The notes under the pieces are model-generated. The model was not told where the DNA came from. It did not search any database and saw only the letters and a list, made by a program, of their open reading frames with translations. Made by a program: the position numbers and the translations under genes. From contig MU053873.1 in assembly GCA_013239625.1 (NCBI GenBank), forward strand, positions 696,524-760,523: a stretch of 64,000 nucleotides of DNA. The letters are read 5' to 3'. Below are positions 57,464 to 64,000 of the stretch, in pieces. This stretch comes from Lama guanicoe. Its lineage: Eukaryota. How positions within the stretch are numbered: position 1 is the stretch's first letter; each line of letters starts with the position of its first letter.

Positions 57464-59929
57464 TACTCTTTGTTGGGGAGAAAGGGGTTAATGTCTTGAG
57501 GGGTGGGGAGGGAGGAATGCCATTCCTACTTTGCTCGAGCCCTGTGCTATGCAGATGGGGAACTGAGGAGGGTGAATGACCCAGCAGGGTCACATCGGGA
57601 GCCAAAGATCCAGGCCCTTGACCTTCTGCTAGGGTCCAGTCCCATTTTCCATTAAGTTCTCCTACATACACATCTGGGCTGCCTTGCCCCTCCATCGGGA
57701 GCTGAAGGGACACCCCTAGATGCCAGATGCCAGGAGGGAGCCTTGAGGCCCCCTGGCGAGTCAGCGTAGACTCCCCCCCCAACCAGACCCGAGCCTTCCT
57801 CAGGCAGTTATCTCAACCCCACTACGTTTCCAGTTTACAGGGTTTTCCTTTTGTAGGATCCCCAGGATAGGGACAGACAGATTCCCCCAGGAAAGACCTC
57901 GGCCAGTTCATTTCTCTTTGCCATTTACCTCATTCCCAGACCCCTGGTTCTAAGCAGACCCCCAGAGATGGGGAAGGATGGTGCTGTCCCTTTAACCACG
58001 TTTTACTGGGAGGAGAGTTTGCTGGGGAGGAAGAAGGAGGGGGAGGGGATTTTCTGGTTTTGTATGGAGAAGCAGAACATGATGAAGCATTTTTCCCTGG
58101 CTAAAGATCCAGTCCAGCTCCAGTTTGCAGGGGGCAGAAGGTCTGGTTTTCATTTGGTGCTGGGAGGATGGAGGTGAGTGTCTGATCTGAGGCTTCTGAG
58201 AATGGCATGGCGCAGGGGGGCTTGAGGAGGGCCCCCATGCTCTCACATGGCTTCCAATTTACTTGTCATTCTGCTTGGAATCTTGCCAGTAGAGCCCTGT
58301 TCCTGTGGGCCTTTTCAGTCATCTACATAATGCAGATGCACCCTCTGGGTGTAGGAAAGCTGATAAGCAGCTGAAAGCAAGGGGGAGTGGCAGGAGAGGC
58401 TGGGTAAAAGAGGGGAAGGGGCCAAGGTGGATTCTATGAAGGCTGGGGCAGGCGACAACCATGGGATCACAGCTGCGTGTGAATTCCTAGCGAGAAGTCC
58501 CAAGCATGATTCTTGTGGCTGGAAAAAAGTGACATGAGGGTGGGGGTGCTGGGGTCAGCCTTCCCGGAGGGCCTTTCAGGTTGACCTCCAGGAAGCCATC
58601 CCTGGCTTCTTTTACTCCCACGTGTAGTCAGTTATCTCCATGGTCCCCAGTGCTAATCTACCATATCACACTTACCACTCTGGCTTGTCATTGGGTGAAT
58701 GAATGGATGGATAAATAAATTTCATTAGTTCTCTAGCCAAACTTGTGGTCTAGAGGGAACCGAAAATGATTCTGCCCTGAGTCCTTGGGTCTCAAATCAC
58801 TTTCATCTTCCTGCCCTCAATTCTTACCTTTTGGAAGTGAGTAGAAAAATATATTCATTCATTCATTCATTCTTCACATGTTTACTGAGTGCCTGCTATG
58901 TGATAGGCATACACAAAACTCTGGGATCCAGAACCCCACAAAAGTCTAAAATTTTCTCCCTGATTCAAGGGTTCTCACATCCTCCCCAAATCCCACTGCA
59001 GCATTTCCCAAGGCACCTTCTTGAGGATGATGATAAATATTCCTCTAAAAAGAGAGGAAAAGAGGAGTTTCATGGCCAAAGGAGTTAAACAGGGTTCTTG
59101 GCACAACTCTTGGAGCCTGGAGTTGGCGATGAGCAATCGGAATCTCCCAGAGGTGCCGAGTTCCTCCAAATTTGTTTGACTACAGGCCCTTCTCATCCTC
59201 AAGTGTCACCCACAGTGGTGCATGCTGGAGGACCCACTCAGACTTGAGCTCCAGCCCCTGTTCCCCCTGGGCTGCCATCTGGGCTCCTGTGTACCCCTAA
59301 GGTTAGTGCTCTTCAGGAACAGGGCTGCAGTGTGAAGGATAAAGTAGTACAGCTCTCTGTGAACATCAGACAAGCATTGTTGCCACTTAATTCATTCCTT
59401 CATCGTCTACAAGATTCATACAGCATCCCCAGTGGTGAGTGCTGGAGACTCTGAAGAATGAGGCCCTAGTGAGGGGGGATCCGTCCCACGTATACAGTAA
59501 AGAGAAAACTCAGCCAGCCCTTTTCTCTTGGTATCTCCTGGTTCTCTAGGTGAGGGTCATTGTCCCTATTTTATAGGTAAGTAAACGAAGACCAGAGTAA
59601 GGTAGTGAGTTGCCTGAGTTGACCTGGTGACAGTGTCTCAAAACATCCAAACTCAAGCTGGTGCTGCCCACAGAGGGTGGAAACCTATTTCTCTGGCTCA
59701 GGAGGGGCCCAGATGGCATGAGGCTGGAGGAATGAGAAGCCCCCAAAGAGAGAACAAGCAATTGGCTGGGTTTGGGGTCTGGCCTCTGACAGATTGCCCA
59801 GCTGAGGGTCCCTGTGACCTATGACCCAATGTCAGCACATCCTTTACATGGGGGCTCACTCCTAGCCCGGGCATCCTGCACCACTGTGTCACCTGTCTGG
59901 GGAACAGCATGTGACCACTATTTGAGGGT

Positions 59930-60140
59930 GCATTTGCTAAACTTATTCTCTTCCTGCTTTATTTCTCTCTATTGAACTTGACCTTTTCTCACATGGAAAA
60001 TTCTACTATCTTTTCCCCTTCTGTAGAATGTGAGCTTCATGAGGGCAGAGATTTTAGTCTGTCTTATTCAGTGCTGCTTTCCTAGAGCTTGGGACAATGA
60101 CTGGCATACAGTAGGTGCTTAACAAGTAGTTGTCAAATGG
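59930..60140 (+). mobile_element. LINE-2 3' end
   Basis: tagaatgtgagcttcatgagggcagagattttagtctgtcttattcagtgctg...ggcatacagtaggtgcttaacaagtagttg. Confidence 0.75.
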
Positions 60141-61149
60141 CTGAGCAGCCCTGCCTGAGAGGCTGGTGATCCCTTGGGCATTTCAGCACCAGGCAGCTGG
60201 ACAGTTCCCGGTCGGCTCCGCCCTTGGAGAGCGGCCACTGCAGGCTTGGAGACTGCCAACCAGCCTGAGCTGTGCAGTCAACTTTGCTGGGGCTCAAGCC
60301 CTGCCCGCTCCATTGCCTGTAAACTCACCTCAGTAATACCTTCTCCTCTTTTAGTTTAGCAATTATTTTTTATCTACCTATGAAGCACCAAGCATTTCTC
60401 TTTCTCCTCCTTTCTCTTCTCCTTTGGTGTTACTCACGCCCCATGTACTCAGTCTCTCCTTCAGTTCCCCTCTCTGTCTCCTTCTGTCACGTTCTTGCAT
60501 CTCTCCCCTACTCCCAGTTTCTCTGTCCTCCTTAGCCCTTCCCTCCTCCCCTCTTCCTCCTCCTGCTCCTTAGAGGTGTCCTATTTTTGCACGACTTGAT
60601 TTATAGTAAAAGGGAGGCAGCCTCCCCCACCCCACACACACACTCCCTTTATGAAGCAGACAGCAAAAACTGAACTACGTGCAGCTTTTTATAAGCCTCC
60701 CCCTCCTAGTGTCCACCCACAGTTGTAACCACAAGGGGACTGGCCCCAAGCTGATGAAAGCGTGCAGCGGACTGCCTGCCTGCCCACCCGTCTGCCACCC
60801 TGGAACGACACTGAGTGGGAGGCTGAGTTCTGCCACAAAGGTCAGGAGCTGGTGGGTGGATTTACAGATCTGCCCCAACTCCCCTGCTCCAGTTCCCTTT
60901 GTCAGCAATTATGGATGAATGATTTTCTGGCTGTGGTTCCTGAGTCTGAGAGTGAGATGGTTCAATTGGTCTTCCCTAAAGGAACTGTTCTAGCAACTGG
61001 GTGAGGCTTGCCAAGTTACACATGCTTTATCTAGGGCCATCTTATTCGTGTTACCTAGTGCAAGAGGCTAAGCCATAATAAGACTCAAGACTCTCCACTG
61101 AGGAGGGGATGGGGTACCTCTCCTTTTACACCTGGCTTCTCTCATTCCC

Positions 61150-61320
61150 TGTGGAGTAGATACTGTTACTATCCCCACTTCATGGTATGGGAAATGGAGG
61201 CTCAAAGAGATTGGGTAACTTGCCCCAGGGCACAGCTAGTAAGTGGTGGAGCTGGGATTCAAAGCCAGGTCCGATGGGCTCCACAGCAGGTGTGTTCAAA
61301 CCACAGGACTGTGCTACCAC
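61150..61320 (-). mobile_element. MIR SINE
   Basis: gaggctcaaagagattgggtaacttgccccagggcacagctagtaagtggtggagctgggattcaaagccagg. Confidence 0.75.
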
Positions 61321-63459
61321 TCATACATTCATAGGGAAGCCCAGCTGGGTTCCCACAGGACCACTGCTTGAGAACTGGACCCAGCTCTTTCCTTGTCCCA
61401 TCACACCTGATTGGGGCTTTGCTGTGGGGGTTCCTTCCGGCATCTTGGTGGAAGCAAGATGGGTTGAGAACTGGCACTGTCTTGGGGGAGCAGGCTTCCC
61501 AGTTAGTACAGGCAGGAAATTGAGATGACAGCCGACTCAGCTTTCTGGGTGGCCTCGCCTGAGGAGACCGATAAGCAGACAGCAGTCATGGCACCATGAT
61601 TGATGGTCACAGTGTAGATCTCAAATCATCAAGAAAACAATTTTGGCAACCTCTGTGTGGTGAGCACCTGCCTCCTGCATGCTAGCCGCCTACTTATGCA
61701 GTGTCCACAACTGGCCTAGGTCTGCAGGACCATCCTCCAATACAGAGTAGGACATATAGGTCAGAGAAAGGAAGTGACCTGCGAAGGCCAGGAGCAAGGT
61801 GGTGGAGGGGCTGTGGCTCACACCCAGGCCTCCTGCACTTCCCAGTATCCACATTTGCTCTCAGAAGAAAATATTTCAGTGATGCTTCATCACTTTATTC
61901 TGTAGGAGAAGGCTGTCTGTAGCACATTTTAGAGAGAGTTTATGCCAATGAGTTTAAATTGGAGTGTTGCGGCTTAGGGGGAGAACTATCAGTTGGATAA
62001 AAGTTCATTTCTGACGGTCAGTTAGCAGGTAAATGAGGCATTACTGGCCCTTAAAAGAGGCCCCTGCAAGGGGGGAAAGCCTGTGGTTGGTGGAAGTGAT
62101 GCTTGCTTTGCTCAGGGGCAGCCGCACCCTGGCCCGCCCCTCTGAATTCAGGCTGCGTGAGGACACACAGGGTCTGGCAGTAGCCTGGCACCACCCCAAA
62201 GCAGCAAGCACCAGCAGCGGGGAGACATGCCAGGGAGGTTTCTGAAACCTCTTCCTCGCCCTGAGCCAGGTGCCTGCCTGCCATGGACAGAAGACTGAGG
62301 AGCCCAGAGCAGACTTGGATGGGGGACTTGGTCATGCACACCAGTAAAATCTCTCCTGGGCCCCTGAACTGCCTTCTGGCTTCTGGGGAGGTTAGTGGTG
62401 AAGGAAGGAAGGAGACAGAGCTGAACTTGAGGTCTTTGCTGTCTCAGGGGGAGTTAGTGGAGAAAATGTGCTTTTTATTAAATTAAAAAAAAATTCTGCC
62501 TCAGTACTAGTCAGCAAAGCAAATCCCCAGGGCCCACCACATCCTCTGAGTTACTTTCCAGTGGAGGGACCTGAGGACATATATTCTGAGCCAGTGTGCC
62601 TATAGCAGAACTGCCATTTTTGATCTGGTCTTAACCAACCTTCCATGTTTACTGATTGAGCCTCTGCTGTTAAGTCTTTTACAAACGTTATCTCGTTGAG
62701 GTGTCACATCCACTCTAAAAAGCTTTGATGAGAGAATTGAAGCCTGGAGAGGCTAAATCACTTGCCAAGCACAAAACTTGACTCTAGAATGCCACCCTCA
62801 TCCCACCTCCCTGTCTTTGCTCACAACTGGACCAGCTGGACCCCTCCCAGTAATGCTTCCCTGCCTTATCTCTTCAGTCTGAGCCTCCCTCCTCCTCCAA
62901 GTCCTCCCTGCTGCCTTGAGCCCTGCTCATTACCTAAGTGCATGTCCTGGGACCTAGGTGATGGCATGTGCTGAAGTCCCTGGTGCCTGTGCCCTGGTGC
63001 TTTGGATCCTTCCTAGACCATGAGCCCCTGAGTGCAGGGAGTGGTACTTGTACCTGGGGGCTCAGGATGTGTGCAGTGGGTAAACAACCGGTGGGGACAT
63101 AAACACTTGAGGCACAGATAGAAGGACATAGAAATGTTCCCTGGCAGTGGCTTTGGAGGGGGCAGGGCTGGACAGAAAGGACAGAGAGATTTGGTATGCC
63201 CTGCCCTGCCCACATCCCTCTTTGCCCAAATCTTTCCTACCTTCAAGGCCCACTTCCGTGAAATTCTTCATTCTGCCATATTCTCTCATACCCTGAGCTT
63301 CTTGTCTGAAATCCTTTCCCCCAGCCCAATATTTACTCCCCCCACTTCACACAACGTTCTCTTTATCCTTCAGCTACTCTACATCACCTTCACCTTCACA
63401 GAGCTTTCCCTAACCCCCAGGTATGGCTCCCATAGTCCCTGCCTTTCCCTCATTCTAGC

Positions 63460-63595
63460 CTAACACTGTATTCTAAAGGGCTATTTGTCTCCTATCCAGA
63501 CTTTGCACTCTGCAAGGGCATCTCTTATTCAATGTTGCTTCCCTAGAAACTGGTACCAGCGTATTAGCTCAGTGAAGTTTGTTGAATGAATAAAT
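63460..63595 (+). mobile_element. LINE-2 3' end
   Basis: ctctgcaagggcatctcttattcaatgttgcttccctagaa...gctcagtgaagtttgttgaatgaataaatg. Confidence 0.6.
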
Positions 63596-64000
63596 GCCGA
63601 AAGCAGTGATCTATAGCTCTTTCTACAGGCTCTCCTCCACCTTATTCATCTATAATTATAAGCCATCTTGGACTGTGTTTCACCAGCTAGAGTCCAAGGA
63701 AGCTGGGCTAGAGGGCCTTAGAGGCCATCAGTTGTACAGATGAAGAAACTGAGGCCCAAGTGGTCAGTGGCAGTCTGATTCCTAATCAGTGCTTTCACTG
63801 CTGCTCACAGCTACCTTGCTTCTGGTTCTGCCACTGAAGATCCTTGGAAGAAGGAACTGAGACATGGATGTTAATTCCTGGCTTGGCAGGGTGCTTTGCC
63901 CATTATCACAATCATTGCCTTTTACTGAGTGATTACAAGGTGCTAGGCCTTCTATAAGTATCTTTCCTACAATTTGCAATTCTCACAATATACAAAGGGA

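Noticed and set aside
1..64000. tRNA, rRNA, snoRNA or miRNA genes
   Set aside because: None recognisable by eye; an Infernal/Rfam and tRNAscan-SE search would be needed to exclude them.

Overview
Mammalian genomic DNA covering the conserved NIPSNAP1-THOC5-NEFH block. The species is laurasiatherian, most likely cetartiodactyl and possibly camelid: I recognise no Alu, B1, Bov-A/BovB, PRE-1 or Can-SINE, and the L1 3' ends are artiodactyl-type. On the + strand are the last six coding exons of NIPSNAP1 (195-3968) and the complete THOC5 gene (CpG-island promoter ~5.7-6.3 kb; 19 coding exons 7693-34558 summing to 2052 nt = 683 aa). On the - strand is the complete NEFH gene (4 exons, 55873->48193, 3267 nt = 1088 aa), with a TATA box and an upstream RE1/NRSE. 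The rest is intron or intergenic DNA rich in L1, L2, MIR, MER5, MLT and a Tigger-like remnant; repeat boundaries and subfamilies are by eye and approximate. I see no new biological system. The most interesting observations are: (1) a perfectly homogeneous 25 x 18-bp AKSPEK expansion in the NEFH tail, bracketed by identical 42-bp blocks; (2) a frame-preserving 33-nt THOC5 cassette exon with regulatory hallmarks; (3) the NEFH 3'UTR cryptic amyloidogenic element lying in a long open +1 frame; (4) a head-to-head double RE1; (5) a 3'-truncated, TSD-flanked L1.
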